A stretch of 64,000 nucleotides of DNA. Source: Antedon mediterranea (Eukaryota > Animalia > Echinodermata). The stretch covers positions 682,001-746,000 of the forward strand of contig NC_092674.1 in the NCBI RefSeq assembly GCF_964355755.1, given 5' to 3'. Shown piece after piece: positions 1 through 11,743 of this stretch. The position numbers were made by a program, and so were the translations under genes. The notes under the pieces are model-generated. The model was given only the letters and a program-made list of their open reading frames with translations, was not told the DNA's origin and made no database searches. The first letter of the stretch is position 1, and every line of letters begins with the position of its first letter.

Positions 1-200
1 AGAATTCTGACTTTCATTTCCATGTCCGATCTCCTGAGTCTCGTAGAACTTTTTTGATCTTGTTTTTTTGTATAAATGTATTAATTCTTTATTTGACTGT
101 AACTTAGTTAGCAATTTTTATCTTAGAGTCCCTAGTCGTCGTCTTAGAAGAAATACTACTTTTCATATTCCTTTTAGTAGAGTAAATGTTTTAAACAAGC
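1..200 (+). mobile_element. Degraded non-LTR retrotransposon (LINE) ORF2 C-terminal fragment
   Basis: Reads ESRRTFFDLVFLYKCINSLFDC...RVPSRRLRRNTTFHIPFSRVN, resembling the post-RT tail of CR1/L2/Jockey-type LINEs. Confidence 0.55.
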
Positions 201-274
201 ACGAATGTGCAATACTCGGGGTACAGCGAAAGAAGCTGTATACAGACGTATACAGTTAGAAAGTAAAGAAAATA

Positions 275-345
275 GGTTTCGCCAGGGCTCGAACCGGGAC
301 CTTCTGCGTGTTAAGCAGACTTGACAACCACTACACTACGAAACC
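275..345 (-). tRNA. tRNA-Val(AAC)-like sequence, probably pseudogene
   Basis: Reverse complement GGTTTCGTAGTGTAGTGGTTGTCAAG-TCTGC TTAACAC GCAGA-AGGTCCCGGTTCGAGCCCTGGCGAAACC: perfect acceptor and anticodon stems, mismatches in D and T stems. Confidence 0.75.
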
Positions 346-558
346 TCTTACATTAAAAATGTGGGTTACAGAAAGTTTTTTAATCCATTTAAATTACAAA
401 TAAATGGTAATAAGCACAAAGCAAAATAAACATGTGTAAAAGTGATAATTACCGATTACACAAAATAAGTATTTTAAAAAATAATAAAAATAAGATATAC
501 TCTGTATAATTATCATATTGCGTATACAGTACTTTTCACCATAAATTTAAAAAAAAAA

Positions 559-630
559 GGTTTCGTCCGGGCTCGAACCAGGTACCTTCTGCGTGTTAAG
601 CAAACGTGATAACCACTACGCCAAGAATCC
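559..630 (-). pseudogene. Second, more degenerate tRNA-Val(AAC)-like copy
   Basis: Similar to 275-345; A box and GGTTCGAGCC B box present, several stem mismatches, followed by a T-run on the minus strand. Confidence 0.7.
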
Positions 631-699
631 GCATATAACCATATAACTACAAAACGCTGTGGTGTGTGTCACACATTGTGGCTTCTTAATTAAACAAAT

Positions 700-902
700 T
701 AATTAACAAAAAATTAAAAATCCGGCTCTATAGCTTTGAGGACATGTCCCTGTAGCATGTTCATGCCAAATCCCAGCTCAATACTATAACGAATAAGGGA
801 GGAGTAGTACTTTAAAAATCGCACTTTTTACTCAATAGTGTCCAGATGGAGGAAGAGAAGGAGAAAATGAGTAAGTACTAGACTCGGGTACCCCGAGTAA
901 AA
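700..902 (+). mobile_element. Possible Helentron/HINE-like short element remnant
   Basis: Terminal hairpin ACTCGGG-TAC-CCCGAGT (882-898) preceded by CATGCCAAAT..CAG and GGAGGAGTAG motifs; family is inference. Confidence 0.3.
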
Positions 903-1135
903 ATGGTTTTATTAGTAGATTAAGTCAAACTTACAATTCTTTTACTTTAAGAAACCCTGAGTTAGATATTTTTAGTAATAATTTCCGTAAGTTTCGTAAC
1001 ATTGTTAGTAGTTTAGTTTAATGTTTGTTATTGTATATGTACGTGTTTGTCTGTGTTCCCTCCTGTAAGTGGTGAACCATGAGCTCACTGTTGGTTGGGA
1101 AATGAATGAATGAATGAATGAATACTTTATCTTAC

Positions 1136-1438
1136 CAAGATGAGATTGGATTCCTGCAACAGGTTACTGGTAACATAAGGATATGAAGCAAAGCGGTTGC
1201 GAATACCAATAACCTGCTGAACTTTGGCTTTGTACTCGCTAGTAACATAAAGTGTTCTCTGCAGAATGGTCCGTCGGTGAAGGTCTAGCAGAGGGTGGTG
1301 ATCAGAAGATGGAGGAGCCTTTTTATGCATAAACGTAGAACCACAAGGTGACACCTCAAGAGCTGATCCATCTTTGTAGCTGCAAACCAAACTGTCATCT
1401 TGAAAGAGCAGCAAGCATGATGGTGACACAGTTTCCAT
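1136..1438 (-). CDS. C5orf34: C5orf34-like protein (DUF4524 N-terminal domain), first coding exon; remainder outside window
   Basis: METVSPSCLLLFQDDSLVCSYKDGSALEVSPCGSTFMH...QRTLYVTSEYK...RN resembles the C5orf34 N-terminus (DDS..Y.DGS.L..SPCGS.F); GTAAG donor at 1135. Confidence 0.8.
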
Positions 1439-1813
1439 CTCTATAGTAAATAAAATATCTAAACCCAACAATATTGGTATTGGAAACAATAAGTTGGTAG
1501 TCATTGAAGTACAAAATTAGCCAAGCCCTACCTACAATGAATATACTATACTTTAAATAGTCTAATCTAGTCTTGGTTGGTATGTAGGCCTAGAAGTAGT
1601 AGTAGGGGCCTGTGCTTAGCTAGTACTAGTCCTACTAGTACTACTTGCTTAGCAGGAATAGTCTATAGCCCTATAGTTATGCCATAATGGGTAGGCCTAT
1701 TTATTCTACCTCACTACCTATATATAGGCTAGGCTACTAAAACATACTACTCTACTACTACTACTACTACTACTACTAGTAGTAGTAGGCCTTAGTTTAG
1801 TAGTAGCCTACTA

Positions 1814-3681
1814 GGTGTCAGATGAAATCGGTCGCGTCTGAAATCGGTCGCGATAAAATCAACTTCCGGTATTTTGTATGGCGCGCCGCTAGAGCTATAC
1901 GTTTAATGATATCGGTCGCGTTTGAAATCGGTCGCGCTATTTTGCATGGGACTCACTAGATACATTTTGAATATAGAATTTCTAATACTATTAACAATTT
2001 TTTTACCTCGATCGATAATTTTTTTAGTACAGTAAATATAAATATTTATCTCGTTATTTATAAATAATTTGTGTTTTCATTTTATCTTACAGGTGTCAAT
2101 GAATAATTGTAATGTGTTCGTTTAGAAAATCGTTTTTAAAAGTGTTATTGAATATTGTTTAAGTTTTTGAAAAGATTAGATGCCACTGTTTAAAGTTTTA
2201 AAAATGTTGAAATAATTTAATATTAAACAAGTAGACGCGCCTATCGCGTATTTTTTAATCGCAGTTAATTACGAAACTAGTTATACCTGCAAGTGGATAC
2301 CAGCTCAATGAGGTTTATGCAATAAAGGAAGATGATGTATGACGATGATTGTTACGTTCGATATCCGCCACTCTTACATGAGCATGGTTTTAGGATAATA
2401 CTAATAAAATAATATGCCGTTATAAATCAATCTACCGGGCCTATACAGTAGGACTATGCAGTATGCTGTACAATGATAGGCCTAGATGCGAGAATAATAA
2501 TGGATGGATATTAAAACTTAAAGATTCTCAAAGAGGTAATCTTGCACTGATATTTAAACATTTAGATTTACGAATGGCGTACGGATGTGAGACACTGAGT
2601 GGTACTTAATTATTTACATTAAGTGATTTATAAATGAAGAAATCAAAGATATTCAAAATAAAAACTATAGTATCACCGACGTATATACGTAAATTATATA
2701 CATCGTTTCACCATGGAACTATGTTTCACAAAAACACATGCAGGCCTAGATGTTTCAAACGTATGGTTATTAGTAATAGGCCTATACGTCATCTTTACAT
2801 GGCCATGGACAACGATCGTACGTGTTTTGACACATTAGTGCGTGTTTTTTTTAAAGGTAATCCCCGTCAGCAAAATAACGTGCAGTTAACGTCTGCACGA
2901 TCATAGAAGGCGCATCCACGATATGGCCTATTTCGGGGTTTATTTCAGTAACTCGTCTTTTAACGATCCGCATATAATAATCATTTTTACTAGAAACTAT
3001 TTTAGGCCTAAACATTAGAAATAAAAATATACACGTGATTTTCCTCAACAATAATTTTTATAGGCCTATACTTAATCCTACATAACGTACGGACATAAAT
3101 AAAATAGAGATTAAAATAAGGTGGTCCAATATATAGATATAATATCTGCCACATTATGCATAAGTATAAAAATGGATAGTACGCTGGCTTTACGGGCTAT
3201 ACATTGTAACATTTATTGTTTTTAAATAAATTGTTCTCTTTTACGTAATTGTTTGCATAATATTAATAAAAGACACAGACGTATATTCTCTATACAGTAT
3301 AATATATTAATTACAGTACATAATAAAATAGAGGTAAATTATTATATTATGCCTAATAAAATATTTAAACATGTTTAGAAATGGCCATTTTGAAAAGACA
3401 CAGTCCTTCTCAGAGACCTGTAAAATAAAAAAAATGATTGATAATAAATATTTATTAACCAAATAAAAAATATCCACATAAATAATCTGGTTCATAAAAA
3501 ATATCAATTAAATCTAGACTATATAAACGAAGAAAATGTAAATCCCGCTAGCATGCATCTCGTTCCATACAAAATAGCGCGACCGATTTCAAACGCGACC
3601 GATTTCAAACGTATAGCTCTAGCGGCGCGCCATACAAAATACGGGAAGTTGATTTTTTCGCGACCGATTTCATCGTAAACC
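1814..3681. mobile_element. Non-autonomous TIR DNA transposon, MULE-like
   Basis: About 120-bp TIRs built of GAAATCGGTCGCG subrepeats (1814-1950, 3562-3681); flanked by GCCTACTA(G) duplication; AT-rich non-coding interior. Confidence 0.8.
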
Positions 3682-3935
3682 GCCTACTAGGGCCTACTAA
3701 TAAATACTATGGCCTATGTAAGTTTTTGAAAGTTATACTATAAAGAGAATACTCTAGTCTAGTACAGTACAGTACTAGGTAGGAGGCCTACCAATAATAA
3801 CAATATGAATCAGTGCATACTCTACTAGGCCCTAGGCCTAGTACTGCTAGCGTCCTAACGTACCTGCTGTGAGTGCAGTTACAGTAGGTTGTGTTTTGGT
3901 ACGCTGCACTAAAAACACGTGGCGCTGGGTAGTAA

Positions 3936-5977
3936 CAAAGTGCGAGGCAGCGAGGCACGCGAGGCAGGGAAGGCATGCGAGGCAAGTCAGAAATTTTTGC
4001 GAGGCATCGTTTTACCATCATCAAAAAATGCGAGGCATCATTTTATCATTTCTCAAAATTGCAAGGCAGGAAATCACCGAAATTGAAGTAGCCTAGGCCT
4101 AGGCCCGCTAGGCTAGTTTCCTTTTGCACCTGCCTTGTATTTTAACCAACTTTATCCTGAATACCACAGCTTAGAATTAGTAGGCCTACTTTAATGAAGA
4201 AAAATCACATAAAAGTAACAATAAATCCATTAAATTGGTGATTTTACAGACGTTGTTTTTCTCGCATTTCGCACACTCAATGTTCAATATTTTGGTTTCT
4301 ATGGAACGCCAAAAGAGCAAAATTAATTAGAGGGCTAAAAACTCTGTAGAATCCATTTATATTTAACGCATTATTTGGTGAAAATCAAGTACAATTTCAA
4401 TAGATTTTGTCACTGTCAGTAAGGAAAAATGTTACTGTTGATAATGTACACGGTTTCGTTAACCTTTTAAAGAATAAAATAGAAAAAATTCATCATAATA
4501 TCCTTAGTAGGATGCCCTAGGTCTAGACTAGGTAGTTAGTGATGTTGATTTAGGATCGATTATTATTCTTTGAAAACAGAACAGTATCAGCAGTAACATA
4601 TTACAGCATTTTTATTGACAAATTAACAAATATATTGAAATAAATTTTCACCAATAAATGCATGAGAAATTGACGCATTCCACTGAGTTTTAGTCCTCTA
4701 TTATCGTTGCTCTTTTGGCGCTCCATAGAAACAAAAATATTGAACATTGAATAAGTGAAATTCGCGAACAGTGTGCGAGAAACACGCCTGTAAAATCATT
4801 AATTTAAGGATTTATTTGTTACTTTTTATGTGATTCTTTCATTAAAGTACTCATGAGGTATACTTCTAAGGTGTGGTATTCACACGATAAAGTTAGTTAT
4901 CAAATTTGGAGTAAAAATACAAGCGAAGGAAACTAGCGCCAGGTTTATTAGTACGTACATGGACAACAATAAATAAAAATCGTTCGTAATATACCTAGCT
5001 TACTAAAACAGGAATAGTGTATCATTATTAAATATTACACCAATTATTATTATATCAAAATTGATTAAATTATTTTCTACATAGGCCTCTTATCTAGGTT
5101 AGGGCTAAGCATATTAGCTAAAGTTTAATTTTAGGCCTAGTATTACAATTGTCGGACGTAAGTCTTTTTTCACACGCGCTCCAGAATTCTGTCGCAATTT
5201 TTTTCTTTGCGGCATGTTATTGGATCGCCATATCAGTTACCTTTTATTCACCGCCAGTTATTGAACTTGTCCTGGCAATCGCTGTTCACCTTATTTGCGA
5301 GAGAGGTACACGTGTTGTTCCTAGAGAATGGAATGTCAAAAATGTCTTTGGCACGCCGCTCAGAGAGAAGTCTGTGCGTTGCTGCTGAAACCACGTGCTA
5401 TAGGAGGGGAATGCCCCACAATCCTCTGAGCTAGCTGAGGGCTGAATCATTCCGCTACCTGCTAAATAGTAAAGAGGGATTTTCCATCTCTCGGGTCTAC
5501 CCGATCTAGGCGCAGGGGTGTGACAAAATATTACTTTCACTCTGCTATGTTCGAGAGACATGTGAGTGAACACGCTCGAAATGCCAACAAACATTGCAGT
5601 CATTTGATGAGTGTGTCGCTATAACAATTATTGTTTATCGAAAGTTGAAGACTGTCGTTCAGATTTTGGAACCGTAGTTTGGGCACTTTTGTAAAAGTAA
5701 AATTTGACACGATATGACTTGAATAAAAAAACAATCGTTACATAAAAATAAACAACATGATGAGTGTATACACGAATCTATTTAGATACGCTTGTATCGA
5801 TTGATTATTAGGCCTATAATATAGCATAATAGCACGTTAAGATATGCCTCGCACCTTTTTGAAATTGTAAACTATATGCCTCGCATGCCTCGCACTTTTG
5901 GAAATGATAAAATGATGCCTCGCACAAATATTTGGCATGCCGCGCTTGCCTCGCGTGCCTCGCTGCCTCGCACTTTG
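3936..5977. mobile_element. Non-autonomous TIR DNA transposon with GCGAGGCA subterminal repeats
   Basis: CAAAGTGCGAGGCAGCGAGGCACGCGAGGCA at left and its reverse complement at right; no clean TSD seen. Confidence 0.75.
4113..4936. mobile_element. Foldback element with long imperfect inverted arms, nested in 3936-5977
   Basis: 4113-4390 is an imperfect inverted copy of about 4640-4936; related copy at about 6590-7255. Confidence 0.7.
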
Positions 5978-6266
5978 TCAACACTCCGTGGCGCTGGGTG
6001 GCGCATGCAATCTTCCAGGTGGTGTGGTGAAACTCTCCGCCTAGCCTATTTCATTTTCCCGCGTTCCTCTCTCTCTCTCTGCCCGTACCAAAGATTATAT
6101 AGCGCCGCTACGCGGCGCTATATAGGTAACTGTTGCCAAGCTCCTATCTTATAACACTACGCGCCCAGTAAATCCATGGACGCCATTCGGGCGGACAGGT
6201 TATTATTGTGATTTAAATGTAAATGGTTTAAATGTTGCGGTCCGCCTCGAAGTATCTGTCGTTAAC

Positions 6267-7348
6267 CGGGTGTCACGAAAGCTCAGACCACGAAATCTCA
6301 GACCACCTAAGACCTAAGATCACGAAAGCTAAGACCCAACACCTAAGATTACAAATACTAAGATATACTACAGCTTAAAAACAATACTTGTTTATCCATA
6401 CATAATTTTAAACACAGTAGGTTTCATTTATTACCATAAATATAATTTAATACTACCGCAAAACATAGATAAACTCACATTATTTTCGCCCGTTGAGTAA
6501 ATGTATATTTTTTCTTTACAACAAACAAACTTGACGGGTTGTTTGTTGGTATATATTTACTCCATTGTGTTGCTTCAGAGGATGTTTTTCTTACGCACCT
6601 GCCTTTCTTGTATTTTGACTCCAAATTTGTTGACTAACTTTATCCTCAACACCACACTTTTAAATTAGGACTTATAAGTACTTTCAGAAGGAGAAACACA
6701 TAATAACAAATAAATAAATCCTTTAAATTGATGATTTTACAGATGTGTTTCTTTGTATACTGTAATGACAATGTAACTCCTCGAGCTCCCCATGCTTAAT
6801 GTTTTTGTTTCTATGGAGCGCCAAAAGAGCAACAATAATAGTACAAGTATAAAAACAGAAAGAAAACGAAACAAAAAAACTTATCATGATTTTTAAATTA
6901 AAATTTATTTGCCAGTATTTATTTCTTCGTACTTGCATGATTATACTATTATCATTACAATTTTACATTGTTCCATCCACACTGTAGATGGACTCCACAG
7001 AGTTTTCAGCCCTCTATATAATTTTTGCTCTTTTGACGTTCCATAGAAACAAAAACATTGAACATGGCCCATGGGGTAGGCCTACTGTACTGTAGGCTAG
7101 TCATTTTGTGTGCGAGAAAAACGTCTGTAAAATCATCAATTTAAAAATGTATTTGTTACTTTTTATGTGATTCTTTTTCATGAAAGTGCCAATTCTAAGG
7201 TGTGGTATTCAGAATAAATGTTGGGAGTTAAAATACAAGGCAGGTGCGAAAGATAAATATTTGTAATCTTAGGTGTTGGGTCTTAGCTTTCGTGATCTTA
7301 GGTCTTAGGGGGTCTGAGCTTTCGTGGTCTGAGCTTTCGTGACACCCG
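6267..7348. mobile_element. MULE-like non-autonomous element nested in 6089-7632
   Basis: About 90-bp near-perfect TIR CGGGTGTCACGAAAGCTCAGACC; TSD TCGTTAAC (8 bp, or GTCGTTAACC 10 bp if termini are GGG/CCC). Confidence 0.85.
6590..7255. mobile_element. Second copy of foldback element, nested in 6267-7348
   Basis: Shares GCACCTGCCTT..GTATTTT, TTTCTATGGAGCGCCAAAAGAGCAA and their inverses with 4113-4936. Confidence 0.7.
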
Positions 7349-8519
7349 TCGTTAACCATCCTTATGATTGATTCATGGAAAAGGGAAGAAATTATGTAAA
7401 CAAAGTAAAATAAAAGTTTCTTTGGGATCTGGACACTTTCCGATTAATTCTGTGTGTTTACATTTATATGTTTGGTTAGACAACTTCATTCTTTAACCGA
7501 AACATTGTGGATATTGCCTTGACAACGACTTTATTCCGGTTCAAACTTGTCCGCCGGAATGGCGTCCATGGATTACAAAGGTCTCACCCAGTTACCTATC
7601 TTGCGCCGCGTAGCGGCGCTATACAATCTTTGCCCGTACTGTGTACTACGTGTGTCGCCGTTCTACGTACGCCACCACCCCACTTGGGGGCGCTCCTTGA
7701 AATAATGAAACAACGCCCTCTGTTGGTGTGAAAAATATATTTTTGTGGCTCTGTGAGGTTGTTGCAAAGAAGATAGTGTACTACCAAAAAGAATATACAG
7801 TATATCACAAGAATGAGTAATCCGCGATTTTCCCTGTAACAGTAATATTGTCCATGTGGTAAGGCGCCGCCATAAGTGTGGATGTATCTGGGATGTATAC
7901 AACTTTTTGTGAAGGTTTCACTAATCAAAGGCTGGACCACCGGAGTATTTTCCGATGATAAAAATGTTATCAACTACATGCCAACATCATGTTAAATACT
8001 ATTTGGATATTTAATTGTTCGTTTTATGCAATTTATTTAGTAAAAACTGCCGTATAAACAGTTTGCTTTATCAACCGGGCGCTACGATAGCGTGTTGGTG
8101 TTTACGCGTTTTCACGAAGGATAGTTTAATAATATTCATATATTTAACTTGTTTCTGGTAAAACAAATAAATGTTAATGACATTTAACATTTTGTCCTAT
8201 TAATAACATGTGCTTTATACTAATTTATATCATAAAAACAATACTTAATTTACCGGGCGTAGAGTAGTACACGGCAATGGTAAAGAATAGGCCGTGCTGA
8301 GTAATATTCGTTGATTTTTGGTGTTGCTGTGTTAGGCCTTTTTTTGTGAACTAACTTAGCATGTTAGTAAATAATTGTCTGTAAAAGTGAATAAACACTA
8401 GTTTGTTAATAAATATGTATTATAAAATAGTTTACAATTGCAAAAACTATCATCATAATTCTATTTAATGTGACATGTATCATGTCTATTAAATCAAGTC
8501 TTATTTAGTATATGTATAT

Positions 8520-9190
8520 TTATTTATTCATTTATTTGGAATTACACCTTTAGATCGGTGGCACACTTAGCACAAAGGTGCATCCTTCACAATTATAAAA
8601 TATAACAATTAACAGAAAAGTTAAAAATACAGTACAGTAGATCATTACTTTACACAATGAATACAAAACAAGATATAGTAAAAGTGTATAAAATAAAATA
8701 AAATCAGCTGATAAACACAGCTTATTACGAAAAACCCCCAACTCCTCCCCCCTCCTACTTTTTTTTCAATTTACTTAATGTAGCAATGTAGATAACATAG
8801 TTATTGAGTCATGGAATTCAGTGAATCATTTCGAAATTGCCATGCTTGTTTTAGGTATCTTTTACAAAAACTATCCAAAATATTTTCACACTCTTCATCA
8901 ATTAAATTATCTGAGTATCCCAAAATATATTTAAGTTTGTCATTTTCAGGAGAAGTATAAAAAGTATCAAACATATCTTTGCTGCCATTTCTATACATAT
9001 CCACATATAAATTAAATAATTCCTGATTACGTATATTATTTAAAGCTGGACAATTAAGGATGAAATGATGGATGTCTTCGTCCGAATTTGTACCGCACAA
9101 TTTACATTTTTTATTATTATCAATATTCCAATTTGCAGTTCTATCATTCAAAGGTAGAGTATTTGAACGAGCTTTAAATTTACATCCGCC
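8520..9190 (-). mobile_element. 5'-truncated LINE 3' end with C-terminal CCHC zinc-binding motif
   Basis: KFKARSNTLPLN...CKLCGTNSDEDIHHFILNC...KQAWQFRN, stop at 8801, then 3'UTR ending in AATAAA repeats; lies between imperfect inverted repeats at about 7760-7850 and 9210-9310. Confidence 0.7.
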
Positions 9191-9967
9191 CTTATGAGGG
9201 CGGGCATCACTCACTGTTACAAATTTCTCATGCAAAAATCGCGGAATACTCATTCTTCTTGTGATATATTATATTCTTTGGTTCTACACACTATCTTTGG
9301 TTGTTGTAAGGGTAGAGAGTTTGCGTGTGTTGTTCGGTCACTTTTATTTTCCAATAAAATTCATGTTTCTGTAACAAACTGGTAACGTAGTTTGCTTGTA
9401 CTATATCTGTATATGCCTATATGTGTTATTTTAGCTAATATTTATGTTTACATTGCCAAATAATATAAATAAGGCGGGCTAGGCTGGCCTTCTTTTTTAG
9501 GCCTCACTCCCCTCATCATCATATTAACAACTGCGTCGCGATCGAGTGCGAAAAGAACGGGGCCGGGTATGCCTAGGTTTATGCCTAGCTAGGCTAGTTT
9601 TTTAGAATTAGGTAATTGTGATGGGTCTCTCCCATTTCACAATCCGTCGGTGCTAGTTAGACAGCCTTGATGAACCTAGACATTTTGCCAATCCTACATA
9701 CAATTTGTTATTAAAATATTAGATTAAAATAAAATATTTGATTTATTTAATTAGTATTTCAATAATGCCGTAAACCAAACCATCATCATACCGATGACAT
9801 ACAAAAAACATATGGTAGCACCAGGGACCAGATAGCCCTGAAATATCCTCAATATTTAGGCCTACATCTATGTATGTTTGCTTATCACAACAATGCCAGG
9901 ACTCTGAGTGATGGAAATTTTGAAAAAGTATTGAGCTCGAAATAATTTTTTGTATTTTCTAGACAAA

Positions 9968-11704
9968 ATGACAACAGCAGCAAGACCGACCTTTGACACA
10001 GCACGGGGTGGTCGAAATAAAGGTGAAGGAGACTTAAGTGCCCTATCTAAACAGTATTCCAGCAGGGATTTACCAGCACACACTAAATTAAAATACAGGT
10101 ACATTGTTATTTTTAATATGTTGGATCAACTGCCATTTTTATAGGGTTATTCCATTATAAAAGTAGAGTGTTTTGATGACAATTAAGTTGTCTTTTGCTG
10201 AATTATTACCAAAACTTATGTTTCTTTGACAGACAACAAGGACAAGATACACATGATGAAGTTCGCAACCGTGACTTCAGACGAGAGTTGGAGGAACGTG
10301 AACGAGCTTCTGTGCGTGAAAAACGTGGTGATAAAAATAGAGGTGTGCTTTTTAGTGTTTTTAGTCTTTGTACTTGTTTGTTTTTAATATTCTGTGTTAA
10401 AACTGAAACAGAAAATGTTTAATAAAGCTGATTTTTATATAAATTAGACAATCAAAGATAAAATGAATATAAAATAAATTATAAAGAGAAAGGATAATAC
10501 TTCTTAAAATAAAATATGTTTGATGATAAATAATTAAAAAATTAAAATAAATGTATTATTTTCTGATAACACACAGATCAGTCATCCAGCACAAAGCGCC
10601 CACGATTAGAACAAATTCCGGCAGCCAATCTTGATGCAGATGACCCAGAGGATGACTCAGATAGTGCTGTAAGTTGGTAGCTTAATACTCTCCATTCAAA
10701 TACTAAAATAAAACTATTTAAACACATAGCTTACAATTCCCCATTCAAATATAAAATGTGTCTATTGGCACTCAATTCAAAATTCAATTCAAAATAACAT
10801 TTATTTATTTCCTTTTAAGATTTAAACAATAATCAAATAAATAAGAAATAAATTTGCATTACCACGGTTGGCCTTCCAATTTTGATTGACTTGTGCCTAG
10901 TTCTGTAAATGCCGATAAACAGCTAAAATAGACTCTAAATATGCAATGTAATTTCTATGCGTTTATATTACTTATTTTTAGTACTTACCTATTTATGTTT
11001 TCTAATAGGATTCAGATAGTGATGATGATGATACAGCCCAATTATTAGCTGAGTTGAACAAGATTAAAAAAGAAAGGGCCAAGGAACAGATGCAAAAGGT
11101 AATTGGTTGATTCAAATGTGTTGTGTGAACAGGAATAATTAATATCTTCGTCTAGCATTGTTGTATCTATTTGGCTGTTAAAGTTTTCTCATAAATCTTT
11201 AAATTCAACACCTTCATTGTTTATTTTTTCAGGAACTTGAAAGAAAAATAGAGGAAGAAAGAATAAGAACTGAAAATATAATAAGTGGAAATCCGCTAAT
11301 AAATTCACAAAAAGTCAGTGATTTTAAAGTTAAAAGAAGGTTTGTAAAATGAGTTATTACTGCTGTTAAGAGCTTAATTACAAAATGCTTCAATATATGT
11401 ATATATAGGGCCTCTTCAAGTCAGCTATACTGCTGTAATACAGTACCCTTGTGAACCAAAGTTGAATAAATAAACCCCCTCAATCCTCATTGGTTGAAGC
11501 AGAGTGCCTTTCTCAAGAGCCAACAACGAACTAGCCTAGGCTAGCATATTAGTCAATATTATCTCTTGATTTTATAGGTGGGATGATGATGTAGTTTTCA
11601 AGAACTGTGCAAGAGGAGAAGATGACAAAATGGAGAAAAAATTTATTAATGATACAATCCGATCAGAATTTCATCAAAAGTTTTTAACAAAATACATCAA
11701 GTAG
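9968..11704 (+). CDS. CWC15: Spliceosome-associated protein CWC15, 6 coding exons
   Basis: MTTAARPTF...[18 protein letters not shown] and [15 protein letters not shown]...[20 protein letters not shown]; exons 9968-10098, 10233-10342, 10577-10668, 11009-11098, 11233-11339, 11578-11704 with GT-AG introns. Confidence 0.97.
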
Positions 11705-11743
11705 CAGTGTACTGATCATCTCTTGGACAATAATACTGTACTT

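Larger units (their letters stand above)
6089..7632. mobile_element. P-element-like non-autonomous element
   Basis: TIR CAAAGATTATATAGCGCCGCTACGCGGCGC / GCGCCGCGTAGCGGCGCTATACAATCTTTG; 7-bp TSD CCCGTAC (6082-6088, 7633-7639). Confidence 0.75.
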
